Positions 29,496 through 39,545 of a DNA stretch of 62,862 nucleotides are shown piece by piece. Each line of letters starts with the position of its first letter. The stretch's first letter is position 1. A program made the position numbers and the translations under genes. This DNA is from Gammaproteobacteria bacterium (lineage in GTDB: Bacteria > Pseudomonadota > Gammaproteobacteria > JAADJB01). The notes under the pieces are model-generated. The model saw only the letters and a list, made by a program, of their open reading frames with translations, searched no databases and was not told where the DNA came from. The stretch spans positions 1-62,862 of the forward strand of contig JAADJB010000018.1 of NCBI GenBank assembly GCA_013151035.1, written 5' to 3'.

Positions 29496-30914
29496 TTACT
29501 TGTGAGATACGTCCAGTTTGTCAACAGTATCAAATTCAAACTTGATCTCTTTCCATGTTTCCATTGCTGCGGCCAGTTCAGGGCTATGTTTTGCTGCTGC
29601 TGTCAGGATGTCTTTACCTTCTTTCTCAAGCTCACGTCCCGTGTTGCGTGCTTCTACACAGGCTTCAACCGCGACACGGTTAGCCGCAGCACCCGCTGCA
29701 TTACCCCAGGGGTGACCTAATGTGCCGCCACCAAACTGCAGTACGGAATCATCACCAAAGATGTTAACCAGTGCCGGCATGTGCCATACATGGATACCAC
29801 CAGAGGCAACCGGCAGTACGCCTGGCATCGCGCCCCAATCCTGGTCGAAGAAGATACCGCGTGAACGATCTTCTTTGATGAATGAATCGCGCATGAGGTC
29901 GATCCAGCCCAGTGTTGCTTCACGGTCGCCTTCTAACTTACCAACAACCGTACCTGAGTGCAGATGGTCACCACCGGACAGACGTAAGATCTTGGCTAAT
30001 ACGCGGAAGTGAATACCGTGGTGCGGGTTGCGATCGAGTACCGCATGCATAGCACGGTGAATGTGTAACAACATACCGTTGTTCTGACACCATTGTGCTA
30101 ACTGTGTATTCGCAGACCAGCCGCCGGTGATGTAATCATGCATGATGATCGGTGCGCCGATTTCTTTCGCGTATTCAGCACGTCTCATCATTTCATCAGA
30201 GGTTGCGGCAGTTACATTTAAGTAGTGACCTTTACGCTCACCGGTTTCGGCTTCGGCTTTGTGAATCGCTTCCATTACGAAATCGAAACGGGCACGCCAG
30301 CGCATGAAGGGTTGTGAGTTAACATTCTCATCATCCTTGGTGAAATCAAGACCGCCACGCAGACCTTCATAACAGGCACGACCATAGTTTTTAGCCGACA
30401 GACCCAGTTTAGGTTTAATCGTACAACCCAACATTGGACGACCATATTTATTCAGGATGTCACGTTCTAACTGGATACCCTGTGGTGGCCCATTACAAGT
30501 CATAACATAAGCGATGGGGAAACGGATATCTTCCAAACGCAGTGCGCGTAGTGCCTTAAAGCCGAATACGTTACCAACCAGAGAGGTCATTACATTAACA
30601 ACAGAGCCTTCTTCGAACAGGTCAATCGGGTAGGCGATAAAGGTGTAGAAACAGGTATCATCACCTGGCACGTCTTCAATTGCGTAAGCGCGACCTTTAT
30701 AATAATCCAGATCAGTCAGTAGATCGGTCCATACCGTAGTCCAGGTACCAGTTGATGATTCTGCTGCAACGGCAGCGGCAACTTCTTCACGAGGGACACC
30801 ATCTTGTGGTGTAACCTTAAAACAGGCCAGGATATCCGTGTCTTTCGGGGTGTAGTCCGGCATCCAGTAAGTTTCGCGGTATGCTTTTACTCCCGCGTCA
30901 TAGGTTTTAGCCAT
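29496..30914 (-). CDS. cbbL: RuBisCO large subunit, form I
   Basis: 472 aa. [23 protein letters not shown].. and active-site [11 protein letters not shown]. Confidence 0.97.
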   Translation of the reverse strand: MAKTYDAGVKAYRETYWMPDYTPKDTDILACFKVTPQDGVPREEVAAAVAAESSTGTWTTVWTDLLTDLDYYKGRAYAIEDVPGDDTCFYTFIAYPIDLFEEGSVVNVMTSLVGNVFGFKALRALRLEDIRFPIAYVMTCNGPPQGIQLERDILNKYGRPMLGCTIKPKLGLSAKNYGRACYEGLRGGLDFTKDDENVNSQPFMRWRARFDFVMEAIHKAEAETGERKGHYLNVTAATSDEMMRRAEYAKEIGAPIIMHDYITGGWSANTQLAQWCQNNGMLLHIHRAMHAVLDRNPHHGIHFRVLAKILRLSGGDHLHSGTVVGKLEGDREATLGWIDLMRDSFIKEDRSRGIFFDQDWGAMPGVLPVASGGIHVWHMPALVNIFGDDSVLQFGGGTLGHPWGNAAGAAANRVAVEACVEARNTGRELEKEGKDILTAAAKHSPELAAAMETWKEIKFEFDTVDKLDVSHK

Positions 30915-30946
30915 TATGTTCTCCAGTGATCAATAAATGAGTTATG

Positions 30947-30962
30947 GCGCGGTAGTTACCGC
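30947..30962. promoter_or_regulatory. palindrome CGCGGTA-GT-TACCGCG in the cbbL/cbbR divergent promoter region; candidate CbbR operator
   Basis: Perfect 7-2-7 inverted repeat between the divergent starts. Confidence 0.3.
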
Positions 30963-31036
30963 GTGCTAGACATTATGCTAAAACAGGGGTATAAATAATA
31001 ATCAATAGTTTCTATTTTATATATAGGGTTTTATCT

Positions 31037-31999
31037 ATGGTGTATTCAACAGCTAAAAACCTTATTCGCCATGTATCCCTGCGCCAGATGCAGATCTTTG
31101 AGGCTGTAGTGCGTCTTAAAGGCTACACCCGTGCGGCTGAGGAGTTGCATCTATCTCAACCGACGGTATCCATGCAGGTTAAAAAACTGAGTGAGACCAT
31201 TGGCTATCCCTTGCTGGAGAAGGTGGCTAATCATCTTCATACCACGGCTGTCGGTGATGAGGTTTATGCCTCGGCCCAGAGTATCCTTGGCAGTATGGTG
31301 GCATTGGGTGAATCAACCGCTGAACTGGAAGGTGTGGTTAAAGGGCCATTGCGCATTGCGGTTATTACCACTGCCAAGTATTTTATGCCGCACTTGCTGG
31401 GGGCTTTTATTGCACAACATCCTGAGGTAAAGCCCATGTTGAAGGTAACAAATCGTTCTCGGGTGCTTGAACGTCTGAAGTCTAATGAGGATGATTTATT
31501 AATAATGGGACAGGTTCCCGTTGACCTGGCGGTAGAGGCTTACCCCTTTATTGATAATGAGTTAGTGGTTGTTGCCAGTCCTCATCACCCGCTCACACAA
31601 AAGACATCTATTTCACTTGAACAGTTGAGTGAAGAACGCTTTCTGGTGCGTGAAACGGGTTCTGGGACACGTTTAGCAATAGATCGCCTGTTTGCCGAAC
31701 AGGGTTTGAAGGTGCAGCCTTACATGGAACTGGGTAGCAGTGAAGCCATTAAACAAGCTGTTATGGCGGGTCTTGGAATATCAGTTTTATCCAGACATAA
31801 CCTGCGCCTGGAGTTGGCGGGTGAGCATATTGCGATACTGGATGTAGAAGGTTTTCCATTGTTCTATCGCTGGTATGCGGTGCACCTGAAAGGTAAAAAA
31901 TTATCGCTGGTCGCACGCACTTTTCTGGATTTCTTGTTGCAGCAGGGGAAAGATATGTTGCAACTCACTCCAGAGGGACAAATAAAAAAAATGGGTTGA
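31037..31999 (+). CDS. cbbR: LysR-family transcriptional regulator CbbR
   Basis: HTH ..LRQMQIFEAVVRLKGYTRAAEELHLSQPTVSMQVKKL... Divergent from cbbL. Confidence 0.85.
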   Translation: MVYSTAKNLIRHVSLRQMQIFEAVVRLKGYTRAAEELHLSQPTVSMQVKKLSETIGYPLLEKVANHLHTTAVGDEVYASAQSILGSMVALGESTAELEGVVKGPLRIAVITTAKYFMPHLLGAFIAQHPEVKPMLKVTNRSRVLERLKSNEDDLLIMGQVPVDLAVEAYPFIDNELVVVASPHHPLTQKTSISLEQLSEERFLVRETGSGTRLAIDRLFAEQGLKVQPYMELGSSEAIKQAVMAGLGISVLSRHNLRLELAGEHIAILDVEGFPLFYRWYAVHLKGKKLSLVARTFLDFLLQQGKDMLQLTPEGQIKKMG

Positions 32000-32116
32000 A
32001 TACTTACTATTGATCAGGGGTTCCTTAATCTTTGCTTGATGACTTTGGGTGAATATACCGGCCATTCGCCTCATGGTTTTATTGATTATGAGGTGAATAG
32101 CCGGTATATTCACCTC

Positions 32117-33226
32117 ATGAAGTACAATTGGCAACAAGATGACTGGCCTGATTTTCACTATGATATTTCCAGATTTCAGGATGTTTCATTCGTTTTTGCG
32201 GAGAAAACGGGGTATGTTAGCGGTCTTTTGAAAGGTCTGCCTGACCCCATGAAAACGGAAGCAATTATCAATCTTATGGTTTCTGAAGCGGTTAAGACTT
32301 CGGAAATTGAGGGGGAGTATCTAAATCGTTCTGAGGTGATGTCCTCTATCCGCCATAATCTGGGTCTGGATGAAGATAAAGAATCTGTTGCAGACCAACG
32401 TGCCAAAGGTGCCGCAGACCTTATGGTCGATATTCATAATGGTTTCAAGGAAACACTAACCAAAGAAAAACTCTTTGATTGGCATAAAATGTTGTTATCG
32501 GGTCAACATAGACGAATAGAAATTGGTGCGTGGCGAACCCACGAAGAACCCATGCAGGTTGTCTCTGGCCCTATTGGTAAATGGAAGGTTCATTTTGAAG
32601 CTCCGGCTTCTGAAAAAGTACCGGAAGAGATGGAGCGGTTTATAAACTGGTTCAATAGCACTGCACTGGGTGATAAAAATGAGATTAAAAATCCTGTTCT
32701 ACGCGCTGCTATTGCACATTTATATTTTGAGAGTATCCATCCCTTTGAAGATGGAAATGGACGTATAGGTAGAGCGTTATCTGAAAAAGCGCTATCACAA
32801 AATCTTGGTCGTCCTATTCTTTTAAGCCTGTCTGAAACTATAGAAAAAAATAAGAAGGCCTATTACAACGCATTGAAAACAGCGCAGCGATCAAACGAGA
32901 TAACAGAGTGGATAATTTATTTTTTAAGCACCATTATTGAAGCGCAAACCAGAGCCGAAGAAAATATAGTATTCATACTTAAGAAAACAAAATTCTTTGA
33001 TCAATTTGAAAACCAACTTAACGAACGTCAGTTAAAAGTAATTCGACGCATGTTAGAAAAGGGAATAGATGGCTTTGAAGGTGGCATGAGTACCAAAAAA
33101 TATGTGGCCATTACCGGTGCATCGAAAGCAACGGCTGCACGTGATTTGCAGTACCTGACGGAGATAGGCGTATTTAAGCAAACAGGCGGTGGTCGTAGTA
33201 CCCGGTATGAGGTTTATTTAGGGTAA
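32117..33226 (+). CDS. Fic-family protein (DUF4172 N-domain plus Fido domain)
   Basis: Fic motif HPFEDGNGRIGR. Start taken at MKYNWQQDDWPDF, the DUF4172-type N-terminus. The locus is AT-rich. Confidence 0.85.
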   Translation: MKYNWQQDDWPDFHYDISRFQDVSFVFAEKTGYVSGLLKGLPDPMKTEAIINLMVSEAVKTSEIEGEYLNRSEVMSSIRHNLGLDEDKESVADQRAKGAADLMVDIHNGFKETLTKEKLFDWHKMLLSGQHRRIEIGAWRTHEEPMQVVSGPIGKWKVHFEAPASEKVPEEMERFINWFNSTALGDKNEIKNPVLRAAIAHLYFESIHPFEDGNGRIGRALSEKALSQNLGRPILLSLSETIEKNKKAYYNALKTAQRSNEITEWIIYFLSTIIEAQTRAEENIVFILKKTKFFDQFENQLNERQLKVIRRMLEKGIDGFEGGMSTKKYVAITGASKATAARDLQYLTEIGVFKQTGGGRSTRYEVYLG

Positions 33227-33310
33227 GCTCTGATTTATGTCACACAGATGGCTTAGAAAAATTCCCGCCTGCGCGAGAATGGCGAGTTTTTTGGTGCGCG
33301 GTGCGGCACC

Positions 33311-34669
33311 CTACCGTGGTTTCTTTATCATCGCTTGAATCATAACGATCAGGAATAACAGGCCGCCGATGATTGCAATTAAACCACCCAGCCCCATCAT
33401 GGCCATACCGGCTATTTCGGGTAGTTGATCCAGGCCTTGTGCAGCACCGGCGGTCTTGCGTTGCACGCCGTAACCACCCGACCAGGCAAGCCCGAGGATA
33501 TGCATCAGTTGACCACCGCCATAGACGTAGGGTTGTATGCGCGCCAGTTTGGTATCGGGTGCGCTGAAGCCCAGTTTGGGTAATAACAGGTAGCCGAGTC
33601 CCATGAAGGCGAGGGTGATGCCTACGATAGAGCCATGATAGTGGGCGGGGATAACGACATTGATACCGTGGATCATAAAGGCGAGAACACCGCCGGTGGC
33701 AAATAACAGAACGGAGCAGATGAGGGCGTTTCTAATCGGACGCTGTGCACCGCTGGCCTTGTCTGCACGCAGTAAATAGTAAGCAATGATCAGACCAAGT
33801 GGCAGGCTGGTCAGTCCGCCCCAACGCATGAGTTCGGTGTAATTGATGCGGTGTTCCAGGCTATAGGTCTCACTGCCGAGTGAGATCGGGATGGCAATAA
33901 AGGCAGGTAGCAGACACAGTGCCAGTAATAAACGGGTTGTCTTTGGCGCGATGTTTAACGGGACTCCACTGCCTTGACTGATCCATAACCAGGCCACCAG
34001 CATCATCAGGCTGTGGGTGAATTGCAGCACATGGCCGCTTCCCCAGAACAGGTATTCAAAATAGGTTTTGCCGATCAGGTCGCTAGGCAGGGTGAGGTAT
34101 GAGTAAATGAAGATCAGTAATGCGATGAGGGTGGTCAGTGATGCACTGCGGATGCCAAATTGCAGGGCTTGAGAGGCGGTATAGGTTGTGCTACGCGGTG
34201 TCGTTGTGTGCAATAAAACGGGTATCAGTTGTAGTGCAATGCCGCTGATAAATAGACCTAGGCCAAGTAGAAACAGGGGTTGTTGCAGGATCGGGATATA
34301 GTTATTGAGTAGAGGTTGTGCTTCGCCAGTAAACGGCGCGATGATAATGGCGCTGGTACCGAGGATCGCCAGGCTTAGAGCTACCTTTTCTAATGTGGGT
34401 GCATATTGTGCCTGTTGTATACTCCATAGCAGGGCGGCAAAGGACAGGAACCAGATCAATACCGAGAGATCAACATGAACAATCAGTGCGGTATGAAAAA
34501 AATCAGTCCAGGGGATGATGTCCTGTATCCCTGGGGTACGGGAAAGCACCAGCAATAAGGAAAACAGACCCGCTGCAACCAGGGCGACCAGTCCCAGGTT
34601 AAGCCAGATAATGGGTCGTTTTTGCTGTGCCGGGGATAGCTCGGGCAGGGTATAGTCGTTTGGGTTCAT
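33311..34669 (-). CDS. polytopic membrane protein (~12 TM) with heme-copper-oxidase subunit-I-like motifs and an incomplete binuclear-site His set
   Basis: LFWGSGH (HCO helix-VI W-x3-H pattern), PAHYHGS (H-x-H as in HFHYV), and only one His where the HH pair is expected. Confidence 0.5.
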   Translation of the reverse strand: MNPNDYTLPELSPAQQKRPIIWLNLGLVALVAAGLFSLLLVLSRTPGIQDIIPWTDFFHTALIVHVDLSVLIWFLSFAALLWSIQQAQYAPTLEKVALSLAILGTSAIIIAPFTGEAQPLLNNYIPILQQPLFLLGLGLFISGIALQLIPVLLHTTTPRSTTYTASQALQFGIRSASLTTLIALLIFIYSYLTLPSDLIGKTYFEYLFWGSGHVLQFTHSLMMLVAWLWISQGSGVPLNIAPKTTRLLLALCLLPAFIAIPISLGSETYSLEHRINYTELMRWGGLTSLPLGLIIAYYLLRADKASGAQRPIRNALICSVLLFATGGVLAFMIHGINVVIPAHYHGSIVGITLAFMGLGYLLLPKLGFSAPDTKLARIQPYVYGGGQLMHILGLAWSGGYGVQRKTAGAAQGLDQLPEIAGMAMMGLGGLIAIIGGLLFLIVMIQAMIKKPR

Positions 34670-34682
34670 AGGGGTTTTTTCG

Positions 34683-34715
34683 TGTTATAAAAAAGGCCTC
34701 CGTCTGGAGGCCTCG
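34683..34715 (-). terminator. rho-independent terminator downstream of rpoH
   Basis: On the minus strand: aggcctcc agac ggaggcct followed by tttttt. Confidence 0.55.
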
Positions 34716-34717
34716 AA

Positions 34718-35587
34718 TTATATCGTAATCTGGAGCTTGAGCTTATTCATCGCGTTCTTTTCCAGTTGGCGAATACGTTCAGCGGATACCCCGAAGCGTG
34801 TTGCAAGGTCTTGCAGAGTGGTCTTTTTCTCGCCTAACCAGCGTTGCTGCAAGATGATCTGACTACGTTCATCCAGTTGTTTCATGGCGCGATAGAGCTG
34901 TTGTTTGTCTTGATCCTCGGTATCCTGAAGTTCAATCTCCAGTGCCGGATCGGTACGCTGATCCTGTAGATAACTGGCGGGGGCTGAGAATGATGCCTGT
35001 TCGTCATCCTCCTCGTTGCGTAGATCAAAGCCGATATCGGTGCCGCTAAGGCGTTTTTCCATCTCCAGTACGACTTCGGGTTTTACGCCTAGTTCCTCGG
35101 CAACGGTATTGACCTCTGCGTGACTGAACCAGCCCAGACGTTTCTTGGCAGAACGCAGGTTAAAGAATAATTTGCGTTGAGCCTTGGTGGTAGCAATCTT
35201 TACGATGCGCCAGTTCTTGAGGATAAATTCATGGATCTCGGAGCGAATCCAGTGCACGGCAAAGGATACCAGACGCACGCCAACATTGGGGTCAAAGCGT
35301 TTAACAGCCTTCATCAGACCTACGTTACCTTCTTGAATCAGGTCACCTAAGGGTAGGCCATAGCCGTTATAACCGCGCGCAATATGGATAACAAAACGTA
35401 GATGAGACAAAACCATTTTTCGCGCCGCATCAATATCGCCATGATTAAACAGGCGCCACGCCAAATCCTGTTCTTCCTCTGCACTCAGCATGTCGATACG
35501 ACTGGCTGTCTGCATATAACCACTCAGATTGCCATTGGGGATTAACATGGCAAAGTCTTGATTTTTAATGGCTAATTCATTACTCAT
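34718..35587 (-). CDS. rpoH: RNA polymerase sigma-32 (heat-shock sigma factor)
   Basis: 289 aa. ..[25 protein letters not shown].. and the RpoH box ..QRKLFFNLR... Confidence 0.95.
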   Translation of the reverse strand: MSNELAIKNQDFAMLIPNGNLSGYMQTASRIDMLSAEEEQDLAWRLFNHGDIDAARKMVLSHLRFVIHIARGYNGYGLPLGDLIQEGNVGLMKAVKRFDPNVGVRLVSFAVHWIRSEIHEFILKNWRIVKIATTKAQRKLFFNLRSAKKRLGWFSHAEVNTVAEELGVKPEVVLEMEKRLSGTDIGFDLRNEEDDEQASFSAPASYLQDQRTDPALEIELQDTEDQDKQQLYRAMKQLDERSQIILQQRWLGEKKTTLQDLATRFGVSAERIRQLEKNAMNKLKLQITI

Positions 35588-35910
35588 GGCAATGGCTCAC
35601 TCCGTTTAATATCTATAATAAGTTGTATTTTAGCACTCTAACAGTATGAGTGCCAAGTGGGTATTAAGTTCCTGTTAATGTGGGAATACCTTTTCCTCTG
35701 GATTGTTGTGCCTGTTGCGCACCAAATTAGTACAATTTATATGCGGGTTTGAATTTGCTGCCTTCTTATAGTGCGGGCCTGCTAGCAGAGAGTTTCATAC
35801 CCTTTTGATTAATAAGCTTTTATGCTTATGGCATAGATTGTGCTAGAGGTTTTAAGGATAAGTAAAAAAATACATTTCTATCTTCTTGAAATCAGGGTTA
35901 AGGGTGCGTC

Positions 35911-37251
35911 ATGAGTAACAGCTTGCTACGGGGTTTTGCCTCGATTATTTTGCTAGCCATTTTTAATATTATTTTTCTTCGGGCAGTCGTTGCGGCTGAT
36001 GATGTCCCCAGACCTATTGTCCACTACCCTGAACGTGGTGTGGCGATGACAGAAAAATGGAAGGTGGTAAAGGATGGCTATAGCAATCCTAAGAAATACA
36101 TTCCGCCTATTATCGAGGGCGCAGGTAAGGATTGCGTCAAGTGTCACAAGGTGTTGACACCTGTTGCGGTGAAGGATTGGGAAGAAAGCAGGCATTATGA
36201 GAAGGGTGTCGGCTGCGAAAGCTGTCATAACGATCACAGCAACCTTATTATGCCGACCCCTGATACCTGTGGAACCTGTCATGCCTCCGAGACTATGCAG
36301 CATCGTGCAGGTAAACATTCTATCGCCTGGAGTATCAAGGTAGCATCGGGTGGTAAAGGTGGCGGTGCGGGTCGTTTCCTTGCCCAGTATGAAGAAATGA
36401 AAGAGGCCAGTTGTGGTGGTTGCCACAGTGTCGAAGATAAGTGTGATTCCTGTCATTCTCGTCACAAGTTTAATCCTAAAGAGGCACTTGAGCCGGCTGC
36501 CTGTGGCACTTGTCATATGGGGCCGGATCATGCGCAGCTGGATTATTATGAATCGTCAAAACACGGTGTCATTTTTGATATAGAAGGTAAGGGGTTTGAA
36601 GAGGGTGGTCGCGCGCCGACTTGTGTCACCTGCCACATGAAGGCCGGTAATCATGATGTCAGTCAGGGTCTGACCTTAGGTGGTGCCTCACAGGGCAAGT
36701 TTATCGGTAAGAAGGATACCGGTGCGGGATACAGCAAAAACCCTAATGGTATCTTGATGAATGAGATTACCGTAGGAACATTCAAACGTGAACGTGCCAA
36801 GATGGTCTCTATCTGTATGAACTGTCATTCACAGCGTTTTGCCGAACATAAGCTATCGGTTGCGGATGGTATCAAAATTGCCAGTGATGCTGTTGCGGGT
36901 GAGGCTATCAAAGTGATTAAATCACTTCATAGTGATGGCTTGTTGAATCCGATGCCGGAGGATAGACCAGAGAATCCATTCGTGGGTAAGAAATTGATGC
37001 TGACCGGGCATCAGCTTTATGAGCAGACATCCGGTATCGAGGCGCTGTTTTTTGAGTTGTATAAGTTTGATCTAGTCCATGCCTGGAAAGGAGCCTATCA
37101 CTTTAGCCCGGATTGGACGCACTGGTATGGTAATGCGCCAATGAAACTGAAGCTGTCCAGGATAAAGAACGAGGCAAACCAGTTGCGGCGCCTGGATAAG
37201 CTGGAAAAAGAGCTGGGTATTGAAGCAGAAAAGGTCGATTTCGGCGAGTAA
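35911..37251 (+). CDS. HAO-family octahaem cytochrome c (hydroxylamine-oxidoreductase-like, reductive type: no cross-link Tyr)
   Basis: Signal peptide and eight CxxCH motifs. Segments PTPDTCGTCH, KCDSCHSRHKF, PAACGTCHMGPDH..SKHG, APTCVTCHM and CMNCHSQRFA closely resemble Nitrosomonas HAO as recalled. Confidence 0.85.
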   Translation: MSNSLLRGFASIILLAIFNIIFLRAVVAADDVPRPIVHYPERGVAMTEKWKVVKDGYSNPKKYIPPIIEGAGKDCVKCHKVLTPVAVKDWEESRHYEKGVGCESCHNDHSNLIMPTPDTCGTCHASETMQHRAGKHSIAWSIKVASGGKGGGAGRFLAQYEEMKEASCGGCHSVEDKCDSCHSRHKFNPKEALEPAACGTCHMGPDHAQLDYYESSKHGVIFDIEGKGFEEGGRAPTCVTCHMKAGNHDVSQGLTLGGASQGKFIGKKDTGAGYSKNPNGILMNEITVGTFKRERAKMVSICMNCHSQRFAEHKLSVADGIKIASDAVAGEAIKVIKSLHSDGLLNPMPEDRPENPFVGKKLMLTGHQLYEQTSGIEALFFELYKFDLVHAWKGAYHFSPDWTHWYGNAPMKLKLSRIKNEANQLRRLDKLEKELGIEAEKVDFGE

Positions 37252-37257
37252 TTACGC

Positions 37258-37899
37258 ATGAGACTTATCGTAATGTTTTTATTCCTGTTGACCGCCAGCC
37301 TGACAGTGCAGGCTAAGGGGCTGCCGCGTGCGGAGAGTTGTGGTAGTTGCCATGTATCAAACTTTGATACCTGGGAGTCCTCTGCGCATGCTGACTCTAT
37401 TAGTCGCCAGGGCTTTCGCAGTTGTCTGGAAGACTATCTGGAAAAAGAAAGGACGAACAGTGGTGCCTATTGTTTTGACTGCCATGCGCCTGGTGAGGTG
37501 ATTAGTGGTGATGTCTTTGCGGCCACTAATGATGTCATGAAAGGTAAGTTGTATCGTGATGGTGTGACCTGTGTGGCTTGTCATAGTGTGGAGTCTATTC
37601 AAGACGGCAAGGCGATTTATGATCCGGGTGGCATTAACGGTTATCACAGTGTGAAGGATCTCAAGTCTGTTGATAGAGAGGCATTATGTTTGACTTGTCA
37701 TAGTCGCTATCAATCCACTCGCCCGGTGACGGAAGAAACGGCTCCTGGATTTTTTGAGAATCTTTATGCGGGTTTAAGTGGTGTGGTGAGCACAAAAAAC
37801 AAAACTATAACCGATCATCGCTTCGTTGAGTCGGTGGTAGAGAATGAAGGGCACTGGGAATGTAAATCGGGATCGCTGTTAGAAGAGGGACATCAATAA
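37258..37899 (+). CDS. tetrahaem cytochrome c, c554-like
   Basis: Signal peptide and four CxxCH motifs. N-terminal CGSCH..W.SSAHA resembles c554 (CSSCH..W..TAHA). About 210 aa. Confidence 0.7.
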   Translation: MRLIVMFLFLLTASLTVQAKGLPRAESCGSCHVSNFDTWESSAHADSISRQGFRSCLEDYLEKERTNSGAYCFDCHAPGEVISGDVFAATNDVMKGKLYRDGVTCVACHSVESIQDGKAIYDPGGINGYHSVKDLKSVDREALCLTCHSRYQSTRPVTEETAPGFFENLYAGLSGVVSTKNKTITDHRFVESVVENEGHWECKSGSLLEEGHQ

Positions 37900-39545
37900 T
37901 GTTACGTGGTATCTTTATACTACTGACCAGTCTGTGCTTATCAGTGGCATTCCTTACGACGGCACAAGCCGCAGGTTATGCTGCCAGTGCAAACATTGAT
38001 AGTGCCAAAAAAGAGGGCGCAGCCGACTGTAAGTCGTGTCACGAAGAAACTAAAAAACCTGAAAGATATGAGTCGGCCAGATCCTGGCTAAAGAGTCGTC
38101 ATGCGGCGGAGGGTGTAAGCTGTGTTGATTGTCATCTGAAACAGGATGTTAAGGGTCAGGACTTTTACACAGCGGTTACTACAGAGAGTCGGCAAGAGGC
38201 ACATGCCGCCATGGTGGCTGACCCTGATAATAAGGAAAACAAGGCCTACTTTATAGAGGTCTGTGGTAGTTGTCATCAAGATAGATTAACGGAATTTAAT
38301 GCCAGCGTTCATGGCGTAGCAAACAGCAAGAGTGAGACCACAGCGGTGAGTTGTGTGGATTGCCATGACCCTCATTTGGCACCCCTGGTGACCAGCAAGG
38401 CATCGAAGATCTACCGGGGTAATGATACCAATACCTGTGGTCGATGCCATAAGGATGCCCTCGGCTCCTACATGAAGACCTTCCACGGCAAGCAATTTCA
38501 TTTAGGGAATACCCTGGCTCCGACCTGTATCTATTGTCATCGAGGTCATGAAGTACCCACCGATTCCCCTGCCTCGTTTATTCATGCCGATAATATTGGT
38601 GGTCTATGTGCCGGTTGTCATGGTGATGCCATTAATGCCGGTGCCGGTGCTGATGCCCTGCTGATACAAAATTTAAGCGGTGATTCCACGCGTAAGGTGA
38701 CTCATTTCCGTGATCCGGTAACGGCCGGGCCTTTCTCGGTTGCCTCCATGATTGATTCGACCTATCTGGCGATGATTATTGGTATTGTCGGGTTTTTCAC
38801 CTTGCTTTCCACACGCGATTATATGAAAAAGACCCAGGCGGGTGCCTCCAGTAGTGAGGATGATAATAAACCGAGTGTGAAACGCTTCTCTATCTCCTGG
38901 CGTTTACAGCATTTCTTCTGGGCTTTGTCATTTATTCTTCTGGCAGCAACGGGTCTCTCGCTTAAATTCCCTGAGTCAGTGCTTTCTGAGGCAGTGGTGT
39001 GGATGTCAGGTGGTGAAGAACTGCGTTCTATTATTCACCGCATTGCCGCGATTGTCTTTATGCTGTTGGCGGCTATTCATCTATTGCCCTATCTGCTCAA
39101 GTTGAAACCACCGGGTAAGATATTCCTTAGCAAAAAAGATTTTATTGATGCCTTTTTGCACACTAGTTATCTGTTTGGCAGAGCCGATAAAATGCCGTTG
39201 ATGTACCGTTATGCCTGGTATCAGAAGGTGGAATACTGGGCGACAGTGATCGGTGGTTTCATTGTTATATCAACCGGGCTATTGATGTGGAATTTCTCTC
39301 CACTGGCAAGCTGGATTCCAGTTGAATTTGTTTTTTATGCGCAGTTGATACACGGTTGGGAGGCAATCCTGGCGGTGCTGGTCATCTTTGTGCAGCATTT
39401 CTATCATGTGTTCCTGAATCCTGATGTGTTCCCGATGGATACCTCATGGTTAACCGGCAAGACCAAGTACAAGGTGATGAAGCATGATCATCCGCTTGAA
39501 TTGATGGAGATAGAATCAAAAAAGGAGAAAGCCGATGAGGATTAA
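37899..39545 (+). CDS. heptahaem cytochrome c fused to a C-terminal FdnI/HyaC-type dihaem cytochrome b membrane domain (CbcL-like quinone-reactive subunit)
   Basis: Seven CxxCH motifs in the periplasmic part. Five TM helices follow, with RLQHFFW, AAIHLL, LIHGWEA and VQHFYH His patterns typical of Ni_hydr_CYTB/FdnI cytochrome b. Confidence 0.8.
   Translation: MLRGIFILLTSLCLSVAFLTTAQAAGYAASANIDSAKKEGAADCKSCHEETKKPERYESARSWLKSRHAAEGVSCVDCHLKQDVKGQDFYTAVTTESRQEAHAAMVADPDNKENKAYFIEVCGSCHQDRLTEFNASVHGVANSKSETTAVSCVDCHDPHLAPLVTSKASKIYRGNDTNTCGRCHKDALGSYMKTFHGKQFHLGNTLAPTCIYCHRGHEVPTDSPASFIHADNIGGLCAGCHGDAINAGAGADALLIQNLSGDSTRKVTHFRDPVTAGPFSVASMIDSTYLAMIIGIVGFFTLLSTRDYMKKTQAGASSSEDDNKPSVKRFSISWRLQHFFWALSFILLAATGLSLKFPESVLSEAVVWMSGGEELRSIIHRIAAIVFMLLAAIHLLPYLLKLKPPGKIFLSKKDFIDAFLHTSYLFGRADKMPLMYRYAWYQKVEYWATVIGGFIVISTGLLMWNFSPLASWIPVEFVFYAQLIHGWEAILAVLVIFVQHFYHVFLNPDVFPMDTSWLTGKTKYKVMKHDHPLELMEIESKKEKADED

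Noticed and set aside
24192-30914. Initial impression that the RuBisCO here was form II (cbbM)
   Set aside because: A separate small-subunit gene (29063-29410) and a 472-aa large subunit with form-I features are present, together with cbbQ/cbbO. This is a form-IA cbbLSQO operon.
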